Positions 1 through 12,063 of a stretch of 64,000 bases of DNA are shown here, in pieces. The notes below the pieces were generated by a model. That model had not been told where the DNA came from and made no database searches. It saw only the letters and a program-made list of their open reading frames with translations. The position numbers and the translations under genes are program-made. Positions within the stretch are counted from its first letter, which is position 1; the number at the start of each line of letters is the position of its first letter. Origin of the DNA: Schmidtea nova (Eukaryota); the NCBI GenBank assembly GCA_044892505.1, contig CM097883.1, positions 360,778,001 through 360,842,000 of the forward strand, in the 5' to 3' direction.

Positions 1-425
1 GTTGTTATTTCCTTCCCAATCTTTGCCATCATATATATCGAAATCTGTTCAAAAATCATCCATTAGAAAGATAATAAATATAGAATTCCCAAACTACCCG
101 ACTTAAGATATCAATCAATTAAATTAAAAGGAAATTTGTCAAAGTAACATTTTATAGACGTTATATTTTGTTAATAACTGTTACTTGAATAATTAATTAA
201 TTTTATTATTTCTAGTTTGTTATTCCTTATCGCATTACATAGCATACACCCCGGGTGTCCCCACAATAATCGGGTTGACTCTCTCGGGCACTTCCATTCC
301 TCTTCACACACGCATACACTTACAAAATAAACTACAAAACAAATATTAAAAAGTTATTATATACCATAACAACACCCACTAGATACAGCGTCATACTAAC
401 ATACAAAAACATCCATAAAAAAAAA
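1..425 (+). mobile_element. Partial copy (A) of an (AT)n-flanked repeat family carrying the CACCCCG..GACTCTCTCGGGC hairpin
   Basis: Motif at 241-295 recurs at 3121-3173, 8458-8512 (inverted) and 10741-10791. Here it is followed about 130 bp later by an (AT)n run. Confidence 0.45.
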
Positions 426-2646
426 TATATATATATATGTGTGTGATGTGGGCGTATAGGCATATAATTGTCTTATCAATTTTATATAAAGTACATCTCA
501 CCCGTAAAATGGACTTTACTCATGTGAAACCCCCTAGTCAAAAGTATGAAAATCTCATAACAAGACCCCGGAAAATGCTTACTATTGTTCATTAACCATA
601 CTGGGAGGAGATTAAAAATACCACCCTTTCAATTATGAACGGATTTACGCATATCCTAGTTTATAATTTTAATAATTTGAGCAAATAAAAAGTCATTCAA
701 TAAGATGAAAAATGTATTTTTAACTAAATTAACTACATCTTTTCCATAAAACATTTTTACAAATAAATTACACAAAAGAAACGAAGCAAACTCAAGAACT
801 TACTCCCTGACATCGCGAGTAGATCCATTTAAGCACAAAATTCACATCCAGTTAAGAAATGTTAACTTGACTGTTCCGAGAATCGGAAATTTCTTTTTGA
901 CTGATTTGAATATAAATTTTGAATGCAGCCCCGGACCCTGTTGCCCACGTTAGCCGAGAAGAATAATTGTGAATTTGAAAATCCTGATTACATGGCAAGG
1001 TTACAACTTCTCGGCAAGTACGAGAGGCATAACAAAAATATTGCCACAAAACGAGAATCCCATTCACAAATTTTGACTGACAATGGGAAAATTTGCTAAT
1101 CATAAATCTTGACGCTGAAAAGCCGGTGATCCCTAAATTATGTAACAATCGAGGAAAGACAAAATCTAGTGGAAGAGGTTAAATGAAATATCACAGAGTT
1201 CACGTCGTTATTTGCACGAACATCATCTCACGTCATTACCCAATTTGCGTCTTAATCAGTGAATAAAGTTGAACTTCATTCAACTCAGGAAATCTATTGT
1301 TATATAAAATTCCCCATTTAATTGTTCCAAAGTTTAGAACGGAAATCCATTGTCCCTAAAATTCAAAGAGTTAATTACAGCAAGAAATTTGAGTCCGGAA
1401 ACCCAATGTTAGAGCGAAAATTTCAAATCTATTGTTTAGATTTTCAAACAGGAAATGTTTTGTCTCAAGTAATAAACCAGACGTTATAATTTAGTTTTGC
1501 GGACAGCAACAAATATAAGTACTGTTAGGAAGATAATGAGTAAAGAAAGACTCCAAGAAAAATCGCCTGAGAATATTGAGTTTGATTTTGATGTACAATC
1601 AAGGAGGCGAGAAGTGATTAAGCGAGTGCAATAAGTAAACAGATATAATGGAGGAGGTCAGGTGAAAGAGCTAATAGTGATAAACTTTATTAATTTCATC
1701 TACCAAATGTAGAGATGTAACATCAGGGCCGAATGTGATTGTGCAACTGAAGCGGCGGATTCTATTCTTAGAGAGTAGTTACTTCTCACCCCATGAGATG
1801 AAGTTGGTAAAAGATAAACTCGATCAGGCTATCCTAGACCTACAGTTAGAGGCAAATGCATTAAGGATAGAGTTACGGAATTTCCGAAGACATTTGACCC
1901 AGGCATTTATCAGTGATGACCTGAAAGAACAAATAAGGCCGATAACTCTAGACAAATGATTCCCGGTAACTAAGAGAAAAACCGAATATTCCGAATATTC
2001 CAGAATGGATTGCCAAAAAAAGAAAACAGATTAGTGCGATAAAGGGAAGGCACTTAAAGAAAAAAACGTGACGTTACTTTAGAAACACCACCGACGTAAT
2101 TCGTTTGATCTTAACATTACATCATGTACCGTTTTAATATAGTTGTAATTGATCTTTAATAAACGTATTTTAATTAATCGTTCTTTCTTATTTCAAGTTT
2201 AATTGTTATGTAAATATTTCTGTTGTAGTAGAGTAAATTTAGTAAAGGTAGTAAAATATAACTATCGGTCGTTGATTTGTTTATCGTGTTGTATAAGTAT
2301 TTCTCGCGACTAGTGTACAATAGGGTATAGATTCGTGGTTTAGCCAAAGGTTTGAATAGGTTTAGAGAGAACAAAATTCACTAAATGAGATACCTAACGG
2401 AAATGGGCAAAATCAATTGAGATGGCCTCTTATCAGTCACAGTGAACCCCTTTAGAACGAATAAGTTGGAAATAGTGTTAACGTAGACGCTCACCTGCTG
2501 ACTTACGTCAGAATGTCATGTACACATTCTAACGTATGTACAAGGGGCATATACGGGTATACAGATAAGAGTCATTTATGTGTTGTTGCGTAATCCTAGC
2601 TTGAGAAGACTTTAAAATCAAATTAAAAGATGCAAACGCGTAGCGA

Positions 2647-2650
<4 letters not shown>

Positions 2651-2695
<45 letters not shown>
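2651..2695. repeat. (AT)n microsatellite
   Basis: Directly visible. Confidence 0.98.
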
Positions 2696-2697
<2 letters not shown>

Positions 2698-3319
2698 GAA
2701 TTGTCATATTTTTATTGTTGGTGTTATTATGATCGCGGTGACCGCCTTGTACCCCCCTTCTTTTGTGTTTCTTGCAGGATTGTTATTATTATTTTAATAA
2801 AATTTGAATGAAAACTATAGAAAAAAAAAATCAATACAGAAATTAAAAACTGAATTGGAAATAAAACAAAAAATTTTGTCATAGCGAATTGGAGAACCAA
2901 GAAAACTTCAACAGAAACTATTCAAGAAGGAAAAGATAATAGCCCTTAGGAGAAAGAAAATCCCAATAAAGACTACCAAAGAAGGGTAATTGCACAACTT
3001 TTAAATTAACGTTGGATTTGATTAAATTAACTTTTAATGAATATACTTTTTGAAGTTGATAATTAGTTTATACTGTTCGAATCTTTTATTATCTAGTAGT
3101 ATTATTCCGTTATAACATACGCAGGCACCCCGACTGTCTCCACACAATTTTGGAGGACTCTCTCGGGCTCTTCAATAATTTCCTTTGATACACTTTAGCA
3201 TATACAAACACTTAAAACACATATTTCACCGCTAAAACTACCCATAATTACTAGTGTTAAACAAGCCACTTTATCCACAATAATAATAAAAACAACAATT
3301 CCAATTATTCATATACACA

Positions 3320-3326
<7 letters not shown>
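2696..3326 (+). mobile_element. (AT)n-flanked non-coding element, copy B
   Basis: Bounded by (AT)n at 2651-2695 and (CA)n(TA)n at about 3320-3352. C-run near the left end; hairpin motif at 3121-3173. Confidence 0.5.
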
Positions 3327-3352
<26 letters not shown>

Positions 3353-3399
3353 AACCGAATTAGACGTAACTTTTTCGCAAAGGTTTTTTTGTTATTGCA

Positions 3400-5900
3400 T
3401 TTTAAACTCATTTTTTTGCTTTTGACAATCACCTCCTCTTTAATTGTAGATTACTTTCCATATTCTTTGCTTCTATTGGAGAATTACTGCAAAAGAGAAT
3501 CTTACTACAAAGAATAATTACCGTTTGCAAGTTTAGTTTTTTAAGACCTTTTTCATATAATTCTATTGTGTTTCCGCGTGTCTGTCTGCCTTTTCTTAAA
3601 TAAACTACTGATAATTAATTTTTAAACTAGTTTTCTGAAAGATAATATTAAGAAATTTAATTAAAACAAAAACAAGGTCACACTAATAGATTAAGAATTA
3701 AAATATCCCAAGTTTAATTTTCTGTGTCCGTTTTTGTGCTTACCGACTTTGATATATTGGGTTATTTATTTCTAGTGGGTATCTTCTCTAACTCCTCGTG
3801 GTCCTATAATTGAGAATCACCAAAACCAAACACAATACATTTTATCGAATTTCACAATTTACAAATGATAAATCAATAAAATTTCTAATTTCTGCAAAGC
3901 ACTGAGTTCTCTTCTTTATTCAAGCGATAGGGGTAGGTCTACCAAGGGTAGATTGCTCTTTCTGATATGCTTTTGGTTTTCTAATGATAAGATTCTAAAT
4001 ATCACACTCTTCCCACTTACCAAATGCATCGTACTCCCGACGAATAACTTTACTTCGACCAAACTAGCGATCTACTTTTGTGTAGCTATTCCTTTTATAT
4101 TAATTTTATTGCTTCAAACATATCAATTAAATTTCCAGAATGTGGACATAATATAATCATCTTTTTGTATAATTGCATTTTCGCTGAATTGAAATGATTG
4201 CTGTTTCCTATAATTTAATCATTTCGGCCTGCGACCCCGATAACTTGATTTTATGTCGGGTTTTCCTTTTGTTTGAGTTTTTCATTGACTCGGGTTTTCA
4301 ACATAATTAATAAATTATTCATTAATTTTCAATTAATTTTCCTTTATTGAATATCTTTTCCTTGAAGCCCCCCAATGCTATTTTAGTATCATATTCGAAC
4401 TTGTCTCTCCATTTGCCGTCCGTGCATACCAATCACTCCAACGATATGTCAATTTTTAATTTTCTTAATTTTTAATTAATTTTTGTACTTATTTGGTAAT
4501 TGTAAATTTTACCATTTTTAGCCTTTTTATTGATTTGTTCTAAATCTCCCCACACTTTCGTCTCATAATGAACCATTTTAGACGAACCTCAACAGATATA
4601 ACTCACAAAACTAACAATGTAGGCAGTTCTGTCCCCAGTGACTATAAATAATAAATTTATATGCATGTTCTTGCATTATTTTTATTATTATCATAATAAT
4701 TGCATTCAACGTCAAAAATGATACCAGACAAAAAGACAACAATAGTGTCACACCTAGGTGGCCAAGGGGACGCGTTCTTAATGAAACCAAATGCAACCTT
4801 TTGTAATTTTTCCAATTGTATGAATAGTAGGATAAAGAATCAAAAGCAGCAAATTCTCAAGAATAATACATTTATAATATTTCCCGACAGCTTTGAATTA
4901 TTTTATTTTTCAAAAGCTATCAAAATGCGAATTCTATTAAATTTCAACGCTTTTTGTTTTAATTTGCCCTTTTCTTTTTATTGCGCAAAATACTTTTTTT
5001 CAAATATAACAAGAAATGAATTTATTGAATTGTAAATTATCACATTGTAATTTTTTTTTATTTATATTTAAATTAATTATAGTAAAAATATTGCTATTGT
5101 TATCCCTTTCCATTGGATTGATACTGTTGGGTTTATTTTTAAAGTCGATATTAATTTCTGAATCTTCGTGCTCTTATTTAATATCAATCAAAATATCCAA
5201 CACAATAACTTTTATTTGATTTAGCACAATGGTTTACACTCGTCAATTTTGTCTGCACTTTCACTGCGACAGGGTAAATGCCCAAATGGGAAATACAATC
5301 TCTTGTACGCAGATTTGATTTAATTCGCTGATACTATCCTATTGTGAATTTCTGCCCTCTTCTTTATTTTTAAATTTTGAATATCTCTTCGATCAACTGG
5401 CAAATTTTAGAATTTTAACTTAGTTTATATAATGACTCCTGTCACTAGAGTTGATTGGGCTCTAATTGGACTTTTGATGACAATCCCGAATTTTCTATTT
5501 TAACTTTCTTTTCATCTTTCTGTTTTATTCTATCTTAAGCTTCTGGGTTTTCCTTAAAACAATTTGCTTGGGGTAATTAAATCACTTTGTTGATCACTCG
5601 GGTTCTTTATAATTTCAAGTTTTTCTCTTCCAACGGGTTTTCCTGGTAGTTAATTTGGCCGGGTAAATTGGGTTACTCGTAGACATCTGGGCTTCTTTTT
5701 AGTTATATAATTTTCTTTGGTAATTAGATAATTTTGTTGATGAATCGGGTTTTCCATACTGCTCTGGTTTCCCATTGACTAGGGTTTCCCATTAGGTAAT
5801 TAATTTTTTATTTTAATATTTCTAGACACCCCCTTTGATTTTATATTATTATATTTGGATTTTTCTCATCATTTGACATTCGCCTACACCAGTTTCCCCT
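3400..5900 (-). pseudogene. Heavily degraded, internally deleted non-LTR (LINE, APE-RT type) remnant
   Basis: Minus strand reads QICVQE at 5300-5317 (APE motif) and KLFVGST near 4040-4060 (YADD-like position), with KYLG-like residues near 3700. Many stops and frameshifts. Confidence 0.35.
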
Positions 5901-6071
5901 GTAAAATATTTTTTAAAAATTAATTTTACAAGTTAATTATTACTTTTTGAATTTTGATGTTTTTATAGATTTGCACTTAGTTTTTTGCTTTTTATTTTAT
6001 TTGGTGCTTCTTTAGACAAACCCCACAATACAACACTCTTTTAAACAATTTCTTCTTAGAAATCTTTTTAA

Positions 6072-6310
6072 CCCCTTTACCGTGGAAAAAATTTTTTTTG
6101 TTATAAAAACCGTGTATTTCTTTCTTTCATAATTTGATATGTTATGTTGTCCTGGCAAAATAAAATGTTTTTTAAGTGAAAATGAGTTGTCTTTAAGAAA
6201 TTGTGAGGAAAATAAGAAAAACCTGAATTGTCGTACTTTTTTAACTCATGATGCACTGTTAAGCCAAACATTTTTTATGACGAGTTAACTCGTGGCACAC
6301 GGTAAAGGGG
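6072..6310. mobile_element. piggyBac-type MITE (239 bp)
   Basis: 13-bp TIR CCCCTTTACCGTG / CACGGTAAAGGGG; TTAA at 6068-6071 and 6311-6314. Confidence 0.85.
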
Positions 6311-7898
6311 TTAATCGATTTACACTACCGTGATAGCATTTCTTTGTGCTGTTGGATCCCCAAATTTATTTTCAGATAAATTGTAACACATTTTGCTAGT
6401 CAATCTTATTGTCAGCACTAAAATATACATTGTCATTTTCAAAACACATCAAGAAATGTCATTTTTTGAATTTCAAGATTGGAAATGTTTACAGTATAAA
6501 ATGTTCAAATAAATACTAAATTTACACCAAAGTCAATGAGCCCATAATTATACATTTTTCATGTTTTTTTGATTTGCACTTAGTTTTTGTGATTTTTACT
6601 TTATTTCGTGCTTGTTTAGACGAAACCAACACCACTCACCGTCAGTGGTACTTAAGTGTTGAGGTCTCAATAATTACGAAATATTTGCAGTTAGTCATCG
6701 CTTAAACCTTTTAATTCCAATGTTTCTTTATATTTGTCCAGCACTTGAAATTATTTCTTGATCTAACAATATATTAAAGTATTCGACTTGAAACCTTTTT
6801 CAGAGCCACAGATTATTTTATCACCTGCCTGAAATGAGAAGTGATTTTTGATACGTCTACTCTGGATTAAAGCGACAGAAAAGTTAATAGTAATTCCATT
6901 CACCATATCATTTATTCACCCCAAGCATTTGAATTCCTCAGAAATTCAAGACCCTCTAGACTTGGTGGCCCAGGTAGTTGTCTACCTGGCCTCTACCTAA
7001 GGTTGGGCCTAACCTTTTTAATATGACTTCTGTTTGTCAGTATATTAAATATAATCTGTTAAATAAATATATATTGAGGTTCCAAATATTTATATTTGTA
7101 GTCTCAACTGGGAATAGTGTCCTATATAAATAACTAAGACAATAAATTTCGAAACAAAAATGGATTTAAATTAAAATGTTTACCAGGATAAAATTTTAAT
7201 CAAAATTTAATTCTGATACCAATTCTTCAAAAATTTCAAAAATACAAATTTAATAACAACTTTTATTTTGATAAACTGATCGGGTTAACGACTCTTTAGG
7301 ATTTGTACCTAAGAGAGTCAATTTACACAAAAGTTAAATTGAGCTTTTGGCGAATAACTATTCTTGAACTCTCTTTTTATACTAATTCGACTATTGTCAG
7401 AATAATTTATTTGTTTATTTAAAATTTACAATTGATTTTAATTTGTTTATTTAAGATTGATTTTAACCTATTTATTTTTTGTATTACTTAACTACAATAA
7501 ACTACATAATTAATTAACAAAATAAAATAAAATAAAAATAAAATACAATAAATAAAATAAACCCAAGATTAAATAAAAATAAATTAGAATTATTCAGTTC
7601 ATTAAATGTTCATTGTTCAGAATAATAATCACATTGAAATTGAATGTTCGCAATCAAATGTTCAGAAGGATGATTGAATAAATTGAGAAGGATAATTGTT
7701 TGGGAAATAATCACACAAGGATAATTGAATTGAGATGATTGAACTTGCTTTAAAAAGATAATCAGATTTTTTTCTTCGATTGTAGACCGACAGGGATTAA
7801 TTATTTCTTTCCAAGTAGATGTTTACGCTATATTTGTTGTGGCCTGCTCGTTAATACTTATTCAATATGAATGTTTCGATGGGCCTTCCCTCATCGTT

Positions 7899-7902
<4 letters not shown>

Positions 7903-7962
<60 letters not shown>
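7903..7962. repeat. (AT)n microsatellite
   Basis: Directly visible. Confidence 0.98.
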
Positions 7963-7965
<3 letters not shown>

Positions 7966-8025
7966 CATAATTATCTTTTTTCACCTTTGATCTTTTTTTA
8001 TTATTATTATCAATAATTCTCATAA

Positions 8026-8174
8026 TGATGACTATAGATCAAAATTTTTTTTATAAACAGTAACACAATATTTCGGCACAGCCTTTATCAAGTGTGTATA
8101 ATACACACTTGATAAAGGCTGTGCCGAAATATTGTGTTATTGTTTATAAAAAAATTTTGATCTATAGTCATCAT
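8026..8174. repeat. Near-perfect palindrome, arms about 74 bp, 1-nt loop at 8100
   Basis: 8026-8099 is the reverse complement of 8101-8174 except for one substitution and one homopolymer indel. The right arm runs into Ns. Confidence 0.9.
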
Positions 8175-8659
8175 NNNNNNNNNNNNNNNNNNNNNNNNNN
8201 NNNNNNNNNNNNNNNNNNNNNNNNNNNNNNNNNNNNNNNNNNNNNNNNNNNNNNNNNNNNNNNNNNNNNNNNNNNNNNNNNNNNNNNNNNNNNNNNNNNN
8301 NNNNNNNNNNNNNNNNNNNNNNNNNNNNNNNNNNNNNNNNNNNNNNNNNNNNNNNNNNNNNNNNNNNNNNNNNNNNNNNNNNNNNNNNNNNNNNNNNNNN
8401 NNNNNNNNNNNNNNNNNNNNNNNNNNNNNNNNNNNNGAGTGTGCGAGAGGAGAAATGAAAGAGCTCGAGAGAGTCCTGCGGTATTCGTGTGCAGACACTC
8501 GGGGTGTATGCTATGTGATGCAATATAACAAATACAAGATTAAATAAAAAAACAGAACAATAAATCTCAGTTAAATTATTAGCAATAAAAGAACAAAAAC
8601 GTTTAAACGACACAACTAATCCGAATTACTTTGGTATTGAATTCCGCAAGTTTGTTCAA

Positions 8660-8905
8660 ATTCGAGAACCTGACACAAATTCGGTTGTATTAGATTGTTC
8701 GCAGGATAATAGTATTAAATATAGATCAAATTCAGGAACCTGACACAAATTCGGTTGTATTAGATTGTTTGCAGGATAATAGTATTGAATTTAGATCAAT
8801 TTCAGGAACCTGACACAAATTCGGTTGTATTAGATTGTTGCAGGATAATAGTATTGAATTTAGATCAATTTCAGGAACCTGGCACAAATTCGGTTGTATT
8901 AGATG
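8660..8905. repeat. Tandem repeat, 70-bp unit, about 3.5 copies
   Basis: GAACCTG(A/G)CACAAATTCGGTTGTATTAGA recurs at 8666, 8736, 8806 and 8875. Confidence 0.92.
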
Positions 8906-9153
8906 TTATGTTCGGACAAAACGTGTTGTCTCTAAAAATTCTTTTCACAATTTCTGAACTTTTCTCTAGCTATATATAATTTTTTCCAATAGTTTCTTTT
9001 CAATACTCTGATGTTTACTTTTTAATTGTAAATGTTCTCTTAATTTCTTTATTTGATTTGTAGTTTTTTAATATAATTATTTCTATAGTTATTAAATTCT
9101 GTTTTATTGATTATTTTTTTCAAATTGTCAATTTGGCTTACTATAGCTTTTGC

Positions 9154-9920
9154 GGCGACGCTCTGATATGGGTCACCCGATTTTCAAAAAAATAATTAAT
9201 TAAATTTAAATTAAAATCTATAATTAAATCAATATGTTAATGCAGTTAGTAAATAACCCAAGTAATCGGTGGTGAAGGAATCATCGTGGAAATAGATGAA
9301 ACGTTGATTTCTAAAAAGCCCAAATACTACAGGGGTAGGTGGTATCGAGAAATATGGTTATTTGGAGGTACAGAAAGAGGCAGCGGAAAATGGTTTGGTC
9401 AAGTTGTCATGCTACGAAATAGGGAGACGCTTATTGATAATATAAAAAAATTCATAAGACCTAATTCAATTATTTATTCGGATCGGTGGCCAGCGTACTG
9501 GACGGAAAAATACAATCTTGAAATGCTTGATGGGTTTGATTATATTCATTTGTCGGTTAACCACAAACTATTTTTTAAAGATCCGGTCACTGGTGTGCAT
9601 ACCAACAAGGCTGAAGGTTGGTGGGGGAATATTAAGGTGGACATGCGGAAACGGAGAGGAATGTCTCTCGAACAAAAAATCAATTATCTGGATTTTCGAT
9701 TATGGTTATCTCGCCAGGATTACGAAAATACTAATATCCTTTCAATCTATTGGGGATTAATTAGTAGATACTATCCTCCTAATAAAACGGCAATTTAATT
9801 TTGTTTGTATGTGTATAATTATATTTGTAATTTGGTTATGTTTTAATTTTGGTTTCATTTTAATTTAAATTTAATTAATTATTTTTTTGAAAATCGGGTG
9901 ACCCATATCAGAGCGTCGCC
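9154..9920 (+). mobile_element. Merlin (IS1016/IS1595-like) DNA transposon, 767-bp internally deleted copy
   Basis: Perfect 64-bp TIRs starting GGCGACGCTC; 8-bp TSD GCTTTTGC at 9146-9153 and 9921-9928; ISXO2-like ORF inside. Confidence 0.9.
9253..9798 (+). CDS. ISXO2-like (Merlin) DDE transposase catalytic domain, N-terminally truncated
   Basis: IGGEGIIVEIDET...WLFGG.ER...IIYSDRWPAY...H..VNH..F.DP.TGVHTN..EG.W motifs. No upstream ATG (in-frame TAA at 9250). Confidence 0.85.
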   Translation: MTQVIGGEGIIVEIDETLISKKPKYYRGRWYREIWLFGGTERGSGKWFGQVVMLRNRETLIDNIKKFIRPNSIIYSDRWPAYWTEKYNLEMLDGFDYIHLSVNHKLFFKDPVTGVHTNKAEGWWGNIKVDMRKRRGMSLEQKINYLDFRLWLSRQDYENTNILSIYWGLISRYYPPNKTAI

Positions 9921-10091
9921 GCTTTTGCTATAGCAAGCCAAATTTGAAATTCGAATTTAAATAATGATAATAGTAGAAAACATAACCCCAAACATAAAGC
10001 GCTTAAATAACTTAAAGGGGGGGGGGGTTCCGGTACGCACAGTACCTTACTCAATACAAATAATAAATAAAAATTTCCAGCTTTCAAATAC

Positions 10092-10096
<5 letters not shown>

Positions 10097-10138
<42 letters not shown>
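10097..10138. repeat. (AT)n microsatellite between element copies C and D
   Basis: Directly visible. Confidence 0.98.
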
Positions 10139-10141
<3 letters not shown>

Positions 10142-10933
10142 GATGTCTTATTTTATTGTTATTTTTATGTTGTGATTTGTTTATTATATGGTTATCGCCG
10201 TCATTGGTATGGTCGGTGCCTTTACGGTCACCGGGGCCCCCCCTTTTCTTGCGAGTGGTGATTTTGAATATTATTATTATAAACATTATTATTTAATTCA
10301 AAATTCAAATTTGGCTTGCTATAGCAAAAGCTATAGTAAGCCAAATTGAAAATTAGAAATTGAAGATTAAAAAAAAACAATCAATAACAATTTCTATAGT
10401 ATACTGAAAACTATAAGAATTGCCAACACGAAAATGGATTAAAGAATTGAAAAACTAAGGACAATAAAAGATTTTGGATTAAGAAATACTAAATATCAAA
10501 AGAAAAAAATAATCTGTAAGAATAACGAAAGGAAAACTTTACAAACCAAAACGAAAATTCAATAAGAAAATAGAAAATCGAAATCTATCATCTAAATCCG
10601 TGACATTGAATCAGTGAGTACTTGTTTCACTTTGTTCATTTTTAATAAAAGTTGTATATTTATATCATTTATTTGTTATATTGTATCAGCACTTAATAAA
10701 TACACAAGCACACAAGTATACATACATTCAAAACAAAATAGCAAGCACCCCGAGTGTCCCAACATAAATCGGTGACTCTCTCGGGCTCTTCAGTATCTCC
10801 TTCACACAACTCTCATTCATTATCGACACAAATATTAAAAAAAAAGCATTTTACTATAAATCTATCACACAATACACAGCCATCCTCGATATAAAAACAA
10901 ACTTAACAATTTAACCGTCCATAAACATTTTTT

Positions 10934-10936
<3 letters not shown>
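10139..10936 (+). mobile_element. (AT)n-flanked non-coding element, copy D
   Basis: (AT)n on both sides, C-run near 10235, palindrome near 10303-10348, hairpin motif at 10741-10791. Confidence 0.55.
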
Positions 10937-10964
<28 letters not shown>

Positions 10965-11163
10965 CTGATTATTATATATTTTGTACGTATTTTTGAGAAA
11001 GGATTTAGCTGAAGTTTGTCATGCTAGGGCCTCGGAATACCCAACTTAGAATTATGATTAATTTGAATTATTAAAATATATTTTAACACTAAATTAAAAC
11101 AAAATTAAAACCAAATCAATAAATAAAGAACAATACAACAAAACATGAAAAATTTAAGACATC

Positions 11164-12063
11164 TCAATTGCACTGTACCGACGAATAATAGGTGATATTG
11201 CGACAAATATTGTCACGGATCATCCAGTCCGTTGATTCGACTGCGGTTGTCGCACAAATCCCGTATAGCCTAATAAATTTCTGAATGTTTCCACTTATCG
11301 GTGTGTCCCAAAATGTTCCGGAAACCAGAAAATGCCATTTGAGGTTAGCCATATTATCAAGAAGGATTTGTAAATCAAAAACATAATGTTGTGACAGACC
11401 AAAGACTTGATCATTTTTCCCAATATATTGCGAGTAGTCGACCAGTGAATGGAAACAGTTGTAATAATTTGTACAAGCGCCATCAGTTAAAAATGTTACG
11501 AAGTTATTTGCCAAGCGGTTGTACGAAGGAACTCTATTCAGTAAATATCCCATGAATTCGTCTTTTGGATAGACAAACATTTTGCTATTTCTGTATGACC
11601 CCCAAGTTAGAATGAGCAGATTATTCTTCCCGATGACTATTGGCTCGGCTTGTGCTGCATTCTCTATTTTGAATACGGACGGCAGTCCCTCGCTATATGC
11701 AAAATTGATGCCATTCAAAATCTTATACCTTGAATTGTTGACGGGGTTCTAATAATTATTATGATACTTCTATGACAAATAATAAACTCTTACTTTATAT
11801 TTATTTTTGACGAAAACCGATACGTTGGTACAAGCCGTATCCGACTGGCATATCTCATTCGAGTCGTATAAATAACAAATTTTTGAATCAAATCGAAAAG
11901 ATTCACAGTCTGCCGTGCTACATTTGATTGCGCATTCCAAGGATGAATTTAGAGGCAAGGTTAGTAAAGCATTGAATACGCATAACCTTTCTTTATGATA
12001 TAAATTCATGGCCCCCATTGTCACACCGAACAAATAAAGAAACATATATGATATTTCAAGCAT
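11164..12063 (-). CDS. Two-exon host gene: secreted protein (about 284 aa) with an N-terminal PAN/apple domain
   Basis: Exon 1 is 12063-11794 (hydrophobic N-terminus; SLECAIKC..C.SF.F....C.L PAN pattern). 45-nt GT-AG phase-0 intron at 11793-11749. Exon 2 (11748-11164) continues in frame to the stop. Confidence 0.75.

Larger units (their letters stand above)
7963..10096 (-). mobile_element. (AT)n-flanked element, copy C (inverted), interrupted by a Merlin transposon
   Basis: Inverted hairpin motif at 8458-8512. Shares the TTTGGCTT.CTATAGC-AAAA-GCTATAG.AAGCCAAATT palindrome with copy D. (AT)n on both sides. The N-run at 8175-8436 leaves the left part uncertain. Confidence 0.5.

Noticed and set aside
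440-2650. Decayed ORF-like stretches (852-1148, 1735-1959 coiled-coil-like) between (AT)n runs
   Set aside because: Possibly an internal part of a microsatellite-targeting element, but no RT, recombinase or transposase motif could be read.
8660-8905. Regular 70-bp repeat as a possible CRISPR-like array
   Set aside because: Units are contiguous near-identical tandem copies without unique spacers, in eukaryotic context.
9964-10296. ORFs containing IYIYIY runs
   Set aside because: Translation of the (AT)n microsatellite.
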